Shown here piece by piece: positions 18,942 through 28,897 of a stretch of DNA of 64,000 nucleotides. Under the pieces are notes generated by a model. The model searched no databases. It saw nothing but the letters and a program-made list of their open reading frames with translations, and had not been told where the DNA came from. Numbering within the stretch: the first letter of the stretch is position 1; the number at the start of each line of letters is the position of its first letter. Source of the DNA: an uncultured Actinomycetota bacterium (lineage in GTDB: Bacteria; Actinomycetota; Actinomycetes; JAFAQI01); contig CAVYQE010000011.1 in the NCBI GenBank assembly GCA_963770565.1, positions 224,001 through 288,000 on the forward strand. Direction: 5' to 3'. Made by a program: the position numbers and the translations under genes.

Positions 18942-19996
18942 AGCCGCCGGGGATTCTCGAGCGCTCGACGCTGCTGCGCAACTTCCTGCTCGCGCTCGTG
19001 GCGATCGGTCTGCTGATCGGCTTGACCGAGGTCCTGTCGGAGTATCGCAACACCCAGCTCGCCGCGATCGCTTACACGGTGTGCGCCGCCGCCGGCCTGA
19101 CGATCCTCACCGGCCTGTCGGGGCAGATCTCGCTCGGCAACGGTGCGTTCATGTTCGTCGGTGCCTACACGGTGGCGTTGCTGCTCAAGCACCACCCGTG
19201 GTTCCACACCATCGTCGGCTACAACAACTGGGAGTTCGTCCTGGTGCTGCTCGCCTCGGTGCTCGTTGCGGCCGCGGTCGGCGGCCTGGTCGGCGCGGCG
19301 GCGGCGCGATTGCGCGGACCGTATCTCGCCGGCGTCACGCTCGCGCTCGCGCTCGGTCTGCCGGTCCTCCCGGACTACTCGCACCTCGAGTCGAAGCTCG
19401 GCGGCCATGCCGGTTTCCCGGTGACCGCGCCCCTCCAGCCGGGCAGCGTGAACTACTTCCGCTGGCAGGCCTGGATCTGCTGCATCGCCGCGGTGTTGAC
19501 GGTGTTCCTGCTGGCCAACCTCGCGAGCAGCCGGGTCGGGCGCGTGTTCAGGGCCGTGCGGGACGACGAGATCGCAGCGTCGCTCGCCGGTCTGCCAGTC
19601 GCACGGATCCAGATCCTGGCGTTCGTCGTGAGCGCCGCGACCGCCGGGCTGGCCGGCGGGTTGTTCGCGGTCGTCGCCGACAGCGTGAGCCCCGGCTCGT
19701 TCCCGCTGTCGCTGTCACTGGGACTGCTCGCTGCCGCAGTGTTCGGCGGCCTGGGCAGCCTCAGCGGCGCGGTCTACGGCTCGATCTTGATCACCTTGTT
19801 GCCGCAGTGGTCGACCGACCTCTCGCACCAGTTATCGCTGTCGACCAATGTCGTGAACAACCTCCCGATCGCGGTCTACGGCTTGGCCTTGGTCGTCGCG
19901 ATGCTGGTATTTCCCTTTGGATTGCAAGGGTTATTCGCTCGGCTCTGGGTCAGGGTGCGCGGCCGCGTCGGCGCCACCGCGGTGGCGACGAGGTAA
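18938..19996 (+). CDS. livM: LIV-type ABC permease
   Basis: GL.ILTG..GQISLG, RLRGPYLA..TL, S..GR...AVRDDE.AA, GGLGS..GA; ATGA overlap with livH. Confidence 0.88.
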   Translation: MKPPGILERSTLLRNFLLALVAIGLLIGLTEVLSEYRNTQLAAIAYTVCAAAGLTILTGLSGQISLGNGAFMFVGAYTVALLLKHHPWFHTIVGYNNWEFVLVLLASVLVAAAVGGLVGAAAARLRGPYLAGVTLALALGLPVLPDYSHLESKLGGHAGFPVTAPLQPGSVNYFRWQAWICCIAAVLTVFLLANLASSRVGRVFRAVRDDEIAASLAGLPVARIQILAFVVSAATAGLAGGLFAVVADSVSPGSFPLSLSLGLLAAAVFGGLGSLSGAVYGSILITLLPQWSTDLSHQLSLSTNVVNNLPIAVYGLALVVAMLVFPFGLQGLFARLWVRVRGRVGATAVATR

Positions 19997-20085
19997 CGCC
20001 TGGAAAACAAAACTCGCCAGTAACTAGGCACAGAACCAGATTCGGAATATGTTCCGCCCCAGCGTCCCCGGCGATGGGAGGAACC

Positions 20086-21441
20086 ATGACCAAGACACCT
20101 CTGCGACTGCTCGTTGGTGGAGCGGCGGTGGCGCTGGCGGTGACCGCCTGCAGCAATAGCAGCAGTGGCGGTGGCGGCGGCAACAGCCCGGCGCCCGGTG
20201 GTTCGAGCGGGTCGACCACCGCCAACACCGCATCCGCGCCGGGGGTCACCGCCACGACGGTGACGATCGGAAGCCACCAGCCGCTGACCGGTGTCGCGGC
20301 GCCCGGCTATGACGAGATCGCCCCGGCGGCCAAGGCGTACTTCCAGTACATCAACGCCAACGGCGGCATCCACGGCCGCACGATCATCTACAAGTACCTC
20401 GACGACGCCTACAACCCGGCCAAGACGGTGACGGACGTCAAGCAGCTCGTTCTGCAGGACAAGGTCTTCGCGATCTTCAACGGGTTGGGCACGCCGACCC
20501 ACGAGCAGGTCGTCCCGTTCCTCAACGCGCAGAAGGTGCCCGACCTGTTCGTCGCCTCCGGCTGCCTGTGCTGGAACAACCCGAGCCAGGATCCGGAGAC
20601 GTTCGGCTGGCAGCCGGACTACACCCGCGAGGGCAAGATCCTCGGCCAGTACGTCGCGCAGAACTTCAAGGGCATGAAGGTCGGGATCTTCGCGCAGAAC
20701 GACGACTTCGGCACTGACGGCATCAACGGCCTCAAGGACGAGTTGCCGGCCAGCTCGATCGTGTCGACCCAGCGCTACGACCCGGCCGGCGCACCGGCCG
20801 CGATCGCCCCGCTCGTCGGCAAGCTGCAGGCCGCGGGTGCTCAGGTCATCATCTCGTTCAGCGTGCCGGCGTTCACGGCGCTGTTCCAGCTTGACTCACT
20901 GGCGCTGAAGTACCAGCCCGCGCACCTCGTGGTGAGCAACGTCGGCTCCGACCCGATCACGCTCTCGGGTCTGCTGACCAGCTTCTCCAAGGGCAAGGCG
21001 CCAGGAAAGGCGCTGGTCCAGGGGATCATCACGGATGGCTACCTGAGTTCGCCGATCGACCCGTCGAACAGCTGGATCCAGCTGTTCAAGACGATCCACG
21101 ACAAGTACATCCCGAAGCTGCCGTTCGACGGCAACGTTGAGTACGGCATGGCCGCGGCGTACACGTTCGCCGAGGCGCTCGAGGCGGCCGGGCAGAACCC
21201 GACCCGTGCGAGCATCGTGGCCGCAGTGGAAAACACGAAGTTCGCCGGGCCCGGCCTGGTGCCCTACGCCTACTCGTCGAGTGACCACTCGGGCTTCACG
21301 GGCGCGCAGATGGGCATCATCAAGGGTCTCGCGATCAAGCTGATCGGTACGCCGTTGACGACCGACGACGGCAACGGCCCGATCATGCCGTACACCACGG
21401 CACAGGCGACGGCTCCCTCCAACGGGATCCCGACCGACTGA
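20086..21441 (+). CDS. LIV-type ABC substrate-binding lipoprotein
   Basis: GGAGG RBS, lipobox VTAC, PGVT..T..IG...PLTG, IN..GGI.GR, DD.YNP. Confidence 0.9.
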   Translation: MTKTPLRLLVGGAAVALAVTACSNSSSGGGGGNSPAPGGSSGSTTANTASAPGVTATTVTIGSHQPLTGVAAPGYDEIAPAAKAYFQYINANGGIHGRTIIYKYLDDAYNPAKTVTDVKQLVLQDKVFAIFNGLGTPTHEQVVPFLNAQKVPDLFVASGCLCWNNPSQDPETFGWQPDYTREGKILGQYVAQNFKGMKVGIFAQNDDFGTDGINGLKDELPASSIVSTQRYDPAGAPAAIAPLVGKLQAAGAQVIISFSVPAFTALFQLDSLALKYQPAHLVVSNVGSDPITLSGLLTSFSKGKAPGKALVQGIITDGYLSSPIDPSNSWIQLFKTIHDKYIPKLPFDGNVEYGMAAAYTFAEALEAAGQNPTRASIVAAVENTKFAGPGLVPYAYSSSDHSGFTGAQMGIIKGLAIKLIGTPLTTDDGNGPIMPYTTAQATAPSNGIPTD

Positions 21442-21532
21442 GGACGCGGCAGCACCATCTTGCGGCGGCCGACCCCGAGCTCGAGGTCGGCCGCCGCGGT
21501 GTGCGCGGGATGATGCGGCAGACTGCAAACCA

Positions 21533-22066
21533 ATGAGCGATCGCCCGAGCATCCCGCCGGGGGAGCGGTTCGCCGACATCGACGCGTGGGACCACGCGCG
21601 GATCGTCGGCCCGCACCTCTGGCACACCCTGGGCTATCGCCGGCTGGCATGGGAGCCGGGCGCGACGTCGATCGCGTGGGACGCGACGCCGGACTACTGC
21701 TTCCCAACCGCCGGCGGACCGATCGTGCAAGGCGGGCTCGTGACCGCGCTCCTGGACGCGGCGATGGGCGGGTCCTGCTGGACCGTGCTCGACCGCGACC
21801 AGGCGTTCCTCACCGCCGACCTGCGGGTCGAGTTCCTGCGCTCGGCTCAGGTCGGGACGCTCTCGGCGCACGGCTGGGTAGTGCGTCGTACCCGCCGGGT
21901 GGTCTTCTGCGCCGCCGAGCTGCATCGCGGTGAGACCAAGGGCGAGTTGCTCGCGATCGGCCGCTGCACGCAGGTGGTGCTTCCGGCCGAGGGTCGGGCC
22001 GGGCGCTACCACACCCTCGCTGCTGACGCCGATGACGGGGCGCCACCCGATGACGCGCGAGGATGA
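21533..22066 (+). CDS. PaaI-family (hotdog-fold) thioesterase
   Basis: VQGG....LLDAAMG, T.DL.V.FLR. Confidence 0.85.
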   Translation: MSDRPSIPPGERFADIDAWDHARIVGPHLWHTLGYRRLAWEPGATSIAWDATPDYCFPTAGGPIVQGGLVTALLDAAMGGSCWTVLDRDQAFLTADLRVEFLRSAQVGTLSAHGWVVRRTRRVVFCAAELHRGETKGELLAIGRCTQVVLPAEGRAGRYHTLAADADDGAPPDDARG

Positions 22067-22070
22067 GCTG

Positions 22071-23153
22071 GTGAGCACTCCGACCGATGACCTGACCGCG
22101 CTCACCGAGCAGGCCGTGCCGCACCAGGCGGTCGGCGCCTATCTCGCGGCGCAGCTCGGCGACGAGGGTTGGCGCGACTGCTCGCTCGAGCTGGTCGCGG
22201 GCGGGCGGTCGAACCTGACCTTCTTCGTCTCCTCTGCTGCGGGTGACGTGGTGCTGCGGCGACCGCCGCTGTCCAACCGGCTGCCGACCGCGCACGACAT
22301 GGGGCGCGAACACCGGGTCATGACCGCGCTCGGCAACACGCCGGTGCCGGTGCCGCAAACGCTCGCGCTCTGCACCGATGACGACGTGATCGGTGCGCCG
22401 TTCTACGTCATGTCGCGAGTCCCCGGCTACATCGTGCGCGACGAGATGCCGGACGGGTATGCCGAAAGCGCGGACGAGCGCCGGGCGATCGGCCATGGCC
22501 TGGTCGACGTACTCGCGGACCTGCACTCGGTCGATCCGGCTGCGGTCGGTCTCGGTGACTACGGCCGTCCCGACGGTTATCTGACCCGCCAGATCCGGCG
22601 CTGGACGACCCAGTGGGAGGCCACCCGCCAGCCGGACGAGCCGGGCGGCGCCGATCTCGACCGCCTGGCCGCGCGGCTCAGTGAGGCGATCCCGACCTCG
22701 CCCACCGGGCCGGTCGTGCATGGCGACTACCGCATGGACAACGTGTTGCTCGATCCCACGACGCCGGGCACGGTGGCCGCCGTACTCGACTGGGAGCTCT
22801 CCACCCTCGGCGACCCGCTGGCCGACGTGGGGCTGTTCTTCGTCTATTGGCAGGACCCGACCGATGACGAGACCCGGGTCGCTTCCCATCTCGTGCCGTC
22901 GGTCACTCGCCTGCCCGGGTTCCCGCACCGTCGGGAGCTGCTCGAGCGGTATGCCGCGCGCACCGGCCGCGATCTGTCCGCACTCCCGTGGTACGTCGGC
23001 TTCGCCTGCTTCAAGCTCGCGGTGGTCCTGTCGGGCGTAGCGGCCCGTGGTCGCGCCGGGGCGATGATCGGCGGCGGCTTTGTCGAGATGGCAGCTCGGA
23101 TCCCGCCGCTCGTCGCCGTCGGCCACGCCTCCCTGTCCGGCGACCTCGGCTGA
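22071..23153 (+). CDS. APH-family phosphotransferase (ACAD10/11 N-terminal-like, Rv3761c-like)
   Basis: GGRSNLT, VLRRPP....PTAHD..RE, HGDYRMDN, VLDWELSTLGDPLAD; start could be 22050. Confidence 0.9.
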   Translation: MSTPTDDLTALTEQAVPHQAVGAYLAAQLGDEGWRDCSLELVAGGRSNLTFFVSSAAGDVVLRRPPLSNRLPTAHDMGREHRVMTALGNTPVPVPQTLALCTDDDVIGAPFYVMSRVPGYIVRDEMPDGYAESADERRAIGHGLVDVLADLHSVDPAAVGLGDYGRPDGYLTRQIRRWTTQWEATRQPDEPGGADLDRLAARLSEAIPTSPTGPVVHGDYRMDNVLLDPTTPGTVAAVLDWELSTLGDPLADVGLFFVYWQDPTDDETRVASHLVPSVTRLPGFPHRRELLERYAARTGRDLSALPWYVGFACFKLAVVLSGVAARGRAGAMIGGGFVEMAARIPPLVAVGHASLSGDLG

Positions 23154-23184
23154 CCAACGTCGCGTCGGTAACGCGGCGCGTCGG

Positions 23185-23763
23185 TTAGGACCGGTGCCAG
23201 TGCAGCAGCCGGTTGTGCGGCCAGAGGCCGAGCAAACGTGCGGTGATGGTGGCTACTAGCAGCCCGCCAACCGCGTTGCCCACGACTTCGGTCCAGCCAT
23301 CCCGCGGTGGGTCGGTGACGGTGAAGCTGAGTGCGAAGACCGCGAGGGCTAGGCCGACTGTGAATGTCCACGGGTGCGCCCGCGCCCAGGCGGAGATGGC
23401 GTGGAGGGCCGCGCCGATTCGATCGGGCCGGCCTTGGGTCCGACCTGCTCGGGTCGGCGCGAGTTGAGGTCGAGAGCGGATCGCCGTCACCCCGAAGCCG
23501 ATGAACAGGACTGCAGGGAGTGCCCAGATCGCACCAAGGGTGGCCTCGTGGAGCGATCTGGTCACCAGCGCGAATAAGAGGACGGCGCAGTCCTCGGCGC
23601 CGATGAACAAGCCGATTGCAATCGCGGTGCACCCGACCACGCCACGGATCAGCCGGTTCGGCAGCGCGATCGGAACCAGGCGGTCGAGGTACGCGACCGG
23701 GTTCTTGGCCGTCACGAGGCGAGTGTGCCAGGCCCATGGGCCCCGCGGTAGGTCATCCGGCAC
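23185..23763 (-). CDS. Hypothetical membrane protein (about 4 TM)
   Basis: Hydrophobic segments; abuts the SDR stop and fills the gap. Confidence 0.55.
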   Translation of the reverse strand: MPDDLPRGPWAWHTRLVTAKNPVAYLDRLVPIALPNRLIRGVVGCTAIAIGLFIGAEDCAVLLFALVTRSLHEATLGAIWALPAVLFIGFGVTAIRSRPQLAPTRAGRTQGRPDRIGAALHAISAWARAHPWTFTVGLALAVFALSFTVTDPPRDGWTEVVGNAVGGLLVATITARLLGLWPHNRLLHWHRS

Positions 23764-24495
23764 CTAGCGCAGGCTGAGGCCGCCGTCGACCACCCAGACC
23801 TGGCCGGTCACGTACGTCGCGTCGATCAGGGTCATGACGACGTCGGCGATGTCATCCGGCACGCCGGCCCGGCCCAGCGGCGCCATCACCTTGATCGCCT
23901 CGTGCAGGTCGTGCCAATCGGCGGTCCACGGTGTGTCGACCAGGCCCGGCGCGACCGCGTTGACCCGCACCTGCGGACCTACCACGTTGGCCAGCAACAG
24001 GGTGAGGTGGTTGACCGCCGCCTTGCTGACGGCGTACGGGATCGACGAGCCGGTCGGGCGGACGCCGGCGAGTGACGAGACGTTGACGACCGCGCCGCTG
24101 CCGCTCTCCTGCAGGTGCGGCATCGCCGCTACGGTCACCTGCCAGGTGCCGATCAGGTTGACCTCGATCAGCCGCCGGAAGACCTCAGGCGACGCGGCGT
24201 CGAGGTCGTGATGCGGGATCCGTACCGTGGTGCCCGCGTTGTTGACGAGTACGTCGAGGCGGCCGAACCGTTCGATGGTTTCGCTCACCAGGCGTGCTGC
24301 ATCGGCGGGATCGGCGATGTCGCCCTGGATGTAGTGGGTGCGGTGGGCGCCGAGCTCGGCGACCATCGCGTGACCCGCATCAACCGACGAGACCGAGTTG
24401 ACGGTGACGTGCATGCCGGCCGCCGTCAGTCGGCGGACGACGGCTGCACCGATGCCGGACGTCGAGCCGGTGACCAGGGCGACCCGTTCGGTCAT
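23764..24495 (-). CDS. Short-chain dehydrogenase/reductase
   Basis: VTGSTSGIG, NNAG, YAVSKAA, VNAVAPG; start overlaps the stop of the upstream SDR. Confidence 0.92.
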   Translation of the reverse strand: MTERVALVTGSTSGIGAAVVRRLTAAGMHVTVNSVSSVDAGHAMVAELGAHRTHYIQGDIADPADAARLVSETIERFGRLDVLVNNAGTTVRIPHHDLDAASPEVFRRLIEVNLIGTWQVTVAAMPHLQESGSGAVVNVSSLAGVRPTGSSIPYAVSKAAVNHLTLLLANVVGPQVRVNAVAPGLVDTPWTADWHDLHEAIKVMAPLGRAGVPDDIADVVMTLIDATYVTGQVWVVDGGLSLR

Positions 24496-25265
24496 CAGGC
24501 CCGGCCGACTGCGGTGATCCCGCCGTCGATCACGACGGTCTGGCCGGTGATCCAACTCGCGTCGTCGGAGAGCAGGAAGGCCGCGAGCTTTGCGGTGTCA
24601 GTGGGCACGCCGAGCCGCTTCAGCGGATACATGTTGGCCACCCCCTCCTCGTCGGCCTCGTACAGCGCGCGGGCGAACTGCGTCTTGACGACCGCCGGTG
24701 CGATTGCGTTGACCCGCACGCCGGGGGCGAGCTCGCCGGAGAGCTGGCGGGTCAGGTGGATCAGCGCCGCCTTGCTGGCGTTGTAGGCGCCGATCGCCGA
24801 ACCAGCGGCGATGCCGCCGACGGACGCGACGTTGAGGATGGCGCCGCCGTGCTCGCGCAGCCAGGCCCGCCAGGCCAACTGGGCCCAGGCCAGCGTGGCG
24901 ACCACGTTGACCTCGAAGATCTTGCGGACGGCGCCGAGATCGGCGTCCATCAGCGGCCCGTACTGCGGGTTGACGGCCGCGTTGTTGACCAGGAAGTCAA
25001 GCCGGCCGAAGGCCTCGATCGTCGCGGCCACCGCCGCCTCCTGGTGGGCCGCATCGTCGGCGCCGCCTCGGGCCGCGATCGCCCGGCCGGTGCGGTCGGG
25101 ATCAAGTTCGGCGACGGCGCGTTCGAGCTCGTCCGGCTTGCGGGCGGTGATGCATACCGAGGCCCCGCGGCTGACCAGCTCGGCCGCGATGCCGAGGCCG
25201 ATGCCGCGGGTCGCGCCGGTGACGATGGCCGCGCGGCCGCTGAAGTCTTGCGTCACTTCGCTCAT
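24495..25265 (-). CDS. Short-chain dehydrogenase/reductase (DHRS4/FabG-like)
   Basis: TGATRGIG, NNAAVNP, YNASKAA, VNAIAPAVVKT.FA. Confidence 0.92.
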   Translation of the reverse strand: MSEVTQDFSGRAAIVTGATRGIGLGIAAELVSRGASVCITARKPDELERAVAELDPDRTGRAIAARGGADDAAHQEAAVAATIEAFGRLDFLVNNAAVNPQYGPLMDADLGAVRKIFEVNVVATLAWAQLAWRAWLREHGGAILNVASVGGIAAGSAIGAYNASKAALIHLTRQLSGELAPGVRVNAIAPAVVKTQFARALYEADEEGVANMYPLKRLGVPTDTAKLAAFLLSDDASWITGQTVVIDGGITAVGRA

Positions 25266-25417
25266 GGTCGGACACGCTGCCATATCGCTGTCCACTCCCC
25301 GGCGGCCGGGCCGCACCGTCCACAGCTTGGGTCGCCGGGGCGCTCGAGCAGTGGCCGTCGGGCGAAGGTGAAGGCGACCGGCGGGCGCCGCGTCATCGAC
25401 AAGGCAGGAGCGATTCG

Positions 25418-25858
25418 ATGGACACGTACGTGACGGTGCAGGGCAATCTGGTCGCGGATCCGAATGCCCGCTCGACCGCCAACGGTGCGACGGTGGTCCA
25501 CTTCCGGGTCGCCGCGAGCGGGCGACGGTTCGACCGGGCAAGCGGCGAGTTCCGGGACGGCGACACCATGTATATAGCGGTGTCCTGCTGGCGGAATCTC
25601 GGCGGCAACGTCCTCGCGAGCCTGCGCAAGGGCGACAGCGTCCTGGTCCACGGTCGGCTGCTGCTCCGCACGTACGACGACAAGCAGGGCAACCGACGCA
25701 GCGTGCACGAGATCGACGCGATCGCGGTCGGCCCCGACCTGTCCCGGTACGCCGCCGACCTGCGCCGTCCGACCCGCCCGGCCGAGCCCGAGCGGGCGCC
25801 GGCGGCGTCGGACCCGGATCCGGCGACGGTCGAACGGGTCGGCAGTGTGGCGGCCTGA
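25418..25858 (+). CDS. ssb: Single-stranded DNA-binding protein paralog (SsbB/Rv2478c-like)
   Basis: VT..GNL.ADP, FRVA, V.CWR.L..NV..SL.KGD.V.V.GRL, A.AVGPDL; no acidic DDxPF tail. Confidence 0.88.
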   Translation: MDTYVTVQGNLVADPNARSTANGATVVHFRVAASGRRFDRASGEFRDGDTMYIAVSCWRNLGGNVLASLRKGDSVLVHGRLLLRTYDDKQGNRRSVHEIDAIAVGPDLSRYAADLRRPTRPAEPERAPAASDPDPATVERVGSVAA

Positions 25859-25903
25859 CCTGCGTGGCTTCGCGCCCGTGCCGGGCATCCGTAGCCTGGG
25901 CGG

Positions 25904-27580
25904 GTGGCTCAATACATCTACTCGATGCACAACGTCCGCAAGGCCCACGGCGACAAGGTCATCCTCGACAACGTCACGTTGTCGTTCCTGCCCGGCGCCA
26001 AGATCGGCGTGGTCGGCCCTAACGGCGCCGGCAAGTCCAGCGTGCTCAAGATCATGGCCGGGATGGACACGCCGTCCAACGGCGACGCGGCGCTCGCACC
26101 GGACTACACGGTCGGGATCCTGCTCCAGGAGCCGCCACTGGACGAGACCAAGGACGTCCGCGGCAACGTCGACGAGGCGGTCGCGGGCACCAAGGCCCTG
26201 CTCGACCGATACAACGAGATCGCCGAGGAGATGGCGGTCGAATACACCGACGAGCTCGGCACCGAGATGGGCGTTCTGCAGGAGCGGATCGATCACTCCG
26301 GCGGCTGGGACCTCGACAGCCGGATCGAGATGGCGATGGACGCCCTTCGCCTGCCGCCGGGCGAAGCCGATGTCACGGTCCTCTCCGGTGGCGAGCGACG
26401 CCGGGTGGCGCTATGCAAGCTGCTGCTCGAGCAGCCCGACCTGCTGCTGCTCGACGAGCCGACCAACCATCTCGACGCCGAGAGCGTTCAGTGGCTCGAG
26501 CAGCACCTGGCCGGTTACCCCGGCACCGTGCTCGCGGTCACCCACGATCGGTACTTCCTCGACAACGTCGCCGAGTGGATCCTCGAGCTCGACCGCGGCC
26601 GCGCCTATCCGTACGAGGGCAACTACACGACGTACCTGGAGTCCAAGTCCAGCCGGCTGAAGGTCGAGGGGGCGAAGGACGCCAAGCGCAAGAAGGAGAT
26701 CGAGCGCGAGCTCGAGTGGGTCCGGTCGAGTCCGCGCGCGCGCCAGGCGAAGAGCAAGGCCCGGCTGGCTCGCTTTGACGAGCTCGTCGCCGAGGCCGAA
26801 CGCCACGGTCCGGTCGACATCGACGCGATCCAGATCCCGCCGGGACCGCGTCTCGGCACCCAGGTGATCGAGGCCGAGCACCTCAAGAAGGGGTTCGGCG
26901 AGCGGATCCTGATCGAGGGCTTGTCGTTCTCGCTGCCGCCCGGCGGCATCGTCGGCGTGATGGGGCCCAACGGGGTCGGCAAGACGACGCTGTTCAAGAT
27001 GATCATCGGGGACGAGAAGCCCGACGACGGGCAGCTCCGGATCGGCGACACGGTCGAGATTTCCTATGTCGACCAGGGCCGAGGCGGGCTCGACCCGAAG
27101 AAGACCCTGTGGGAGACGGTCTCGGGCGGTACCGACTACATCCGGGTCGGCAAGACCGAGATCAACAGCCGGGCCTACGTCGCGTCGTTCGGGTTCAAGG
27201 GCCCCGACCAGCAGAAGCCGGCCGGCGTGCTCTCCGGCGGAGAGCGCAACCGGCTGAACCTCGCGCTCACGCTAAAGACCGGTGGCAACGTGCTCCTGCT
27301 CGACGAGCCCACGAACGACCTCGATGTCGAGACGCTGCGCTCGCTCGAGGATGCGCTCGAGGACTTCCCCGGCTGCGCCGTCGTGATCAGTCACGACCGG
27401 TGGTTCCTCGACAAGGTGGCGACGCACATCCTTGCCTGGGAAGGCGACGAGGAGCACCCGGGCCGCTGGTTCTGGTTCGAGGGCGGTTTCAGCGACTACG
27501 AGCGCAACAAGATCGACCGGCTCGGCGAGGAAGCGGCCCGGCCGCACCGTACGACGTACCGCCGGCTGGGTCGCGACTGA
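25904..27580 (+). CDS. ettA: Energy-dependent translational throttle protein (ABC-F)
   Basis: Two ABC domains; MAQYIY.M..V.K, LSGGERRRVALC, RQAKSKARL, LSGGERNR, SHDRWFLD..ATH. Confidence 0.96.
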   Translation: MAQYIYSMHNVRKAHGDKVILDNVTLSFLPGAKIGVVGPNGAGKSSVLKIMAGMDTPSNGDAALAPDYTVGILLQEPPLDETKDVRGNVDEAVAGTKALLDRYNEIAEEMAVEYTDELGTEMGVLQERIDHSGGWDLDSRIEMAMDALRLPPGEADVTVLSGGERRRVALCKLLLEQPDLLLLDEPTNHLDAESVQWLEQHLAGYPGTVLAVTHDRYFLDNVAEWILELDRGRAYPYEGNYTTYLESKSSRLKVEGAKDAKRKKEIERELEWVRSSPRARQAKSKARLARFDELVAEAERHGPVDIDAIQIPPGPRLGTQVIEAEHLKKGFGERILIEGLSFSLPPGGIVGVMGPNGVGKTTLFKMIIGDEKPDDGQLRIGDTVEISYVDQGRGGLDPKKTLWETVSGGTDYIRVGKTEINSRAYVASFGFKGPDQQKPAGVLSGGERNRLNLALTLKTGGNVLLLDEPTNDLDVETLRSLEDALEDFPGCAVVISHDRWFLDKVATHILAWEGDEEHPGRWFWFEGGFSDYERNKIDRLGEEAARPHRTTYRRLGRD

Positions 27581-28374
27581 TGGCCGCGGCGTACCGCTGG
27601 GATCCCGAGCAGTACGTCCGCTTCGCCGACGAGCGCGGCCGGCCGTTCACCGAGCTGGTCGAGCGGGTCCGGGTCGAGCACCCGGCGCGGGTGGTCGATG
27701 CCGGATGCGGCCCGGGCTCCCTGAGTGTGCAGCTGACCGAGCGCTGGCCGCAGGCGCGGGTGATCGGGCTCGACAGTTCCGTCGACATGATCGGCGCGGC
27801 CGAGTCGCGGACCGTTCCGGGCCGGCTCGAGTTCGTCCGGGCGGACCTGCGTGAATGGCGCCCGGCCAAGCCGGTCGACGTCGTCGTCGCGAATGCGGTC
27901 CTGCAGTGGATCCCGGGTCACCTCGACCTGATAGCGGTGATAGCGGGGTGGTTGAACCCCGGCGGCGCACTCGCGTTCCAGGTGCCTGACAACTTCGATG
28001 AGCCGTCCCACACGATCGTGCACGACCTCCGCACGTCGCCCAAGTGGCGGGACCGGCTGGCCGAGGGCGCGGACCGGGGGATCGGGGTCGAACGGCCGCG
28101 GGCGTACCTGACCGCGCTCGTCGACGCCGGCCTCGAACCGGACGTCTGGCAGGCCGAATACCTGCATGTGCTCGCCGGCGATGACGCCGTGCTCGAGTGG
28201 ATCAAGGGCACTGCGCTGCGGCCGGTGCTCGATGCGCTCGCCGGCGACCGGGCGGCAACGACCGAGTTCCTCGGTGAGTGCGGGGCGAAGCTTCGGGTCG
28301 CCTACCCGCAGCAGGAGTTCGGGACGGTGTTTCCGTTCCGCCGGACCTTCGCGGTCGGGCACCGGTCGGCTTAG
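27580..28374 (+). CDS. tam: Trans-aconitate 2-methyltransferase
   Basis: WDP.QY.RF..ER.RPF.EL, D.GCGPG, NA.LQW.P.H, W..GT.LRP, FPFRR.F. Confidence 0.9.
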   Translation: MAAAYRWDPEQYVRFADERGRPFTELVERVRVEHPARVVDAGCGPGSLSVQLTERWPQARVIGLDSSVDMIGAAESRTVPGRLEFVRADLREWRPAKPVDVVVANAVLQWIPGHLDLIAVIAGWLNPGGALAFQVPDNFDEPSHTIVHDLRTSPKWRDRLAEGADRGIGVERPRAYLTALVDAGLEPDVWQAEYLHVLAGDDAVLEWIKGTALRPVLDALAGDRAATTEFLGECGAKLRVAYPQQEFGTVFPFRRTFAVGHRSA

Positions 28375-28796
28375 CCGGCCGGCGAGTTGACCAACGAGTC
28401 GGCCGCCGAGGTGAGATAGGTCCAGATCACCTGGTCGGCGCCGGGAGCCAGGCCGACGTCGTCGAGCGCCGCGCGCATGTGGCCGAGCCATACGTCGCGG
28501 ACGGTCGGGTCGATCACGAACTCGGCGTGGCGCATCCGCAGCCGCGGGTGGCCGCGCAGCTCGGAGTAGGTGTGCGGGCCGCCCCAGTACTGCTCGAGAA
28601 ACAGCATCAGTCGTTGCGCGGCGGCGGCCCAGTCGTGGTCGGGATAGATCGCGGTGAGGACCGCATCCTGGGCGACCCGGGCGTAGAAGCCGCTGACCAG
28701 GGCCTCGAACGTGTCGTGGCCACCGACCGAGTCGTAGAACGTCGGCGCGGCGTCGGCCCCATCGATCGAGATCGGCTGCGGACCGGGTGGCTGCAC
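28371..28796 (-). CDS. glbO: Group II truncated haemoglobin
   Basis: TFY..VGG..TF..LV..FY, FLEQYWGGP..YS..RGHPRLRMRH. Confidence 0.93.
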   Translation of the reverse strand: MQPPGPQPISIDGADAAPTFYDSVGGHDTFEALVSGFYARVAQDAVLTAIYPDHDWAAAAQRLMLFLEQYWGGPHTYSELRGHPRLRMRHAEFVIDPTVRDVWLGHMRAALDDVGLAPGADQVIWTYLTSAADSLVNSPAG

Positions 28797-28897
28797 CGCT
28801 CCATCGTGCCTCACCGGGTGCCGACTCGCGACCGCCGAGTGTCGATGTCGCTCGACGCTGCGGCTTGGATCAGGGAGGATGAGCCAAGGAGGACCTC

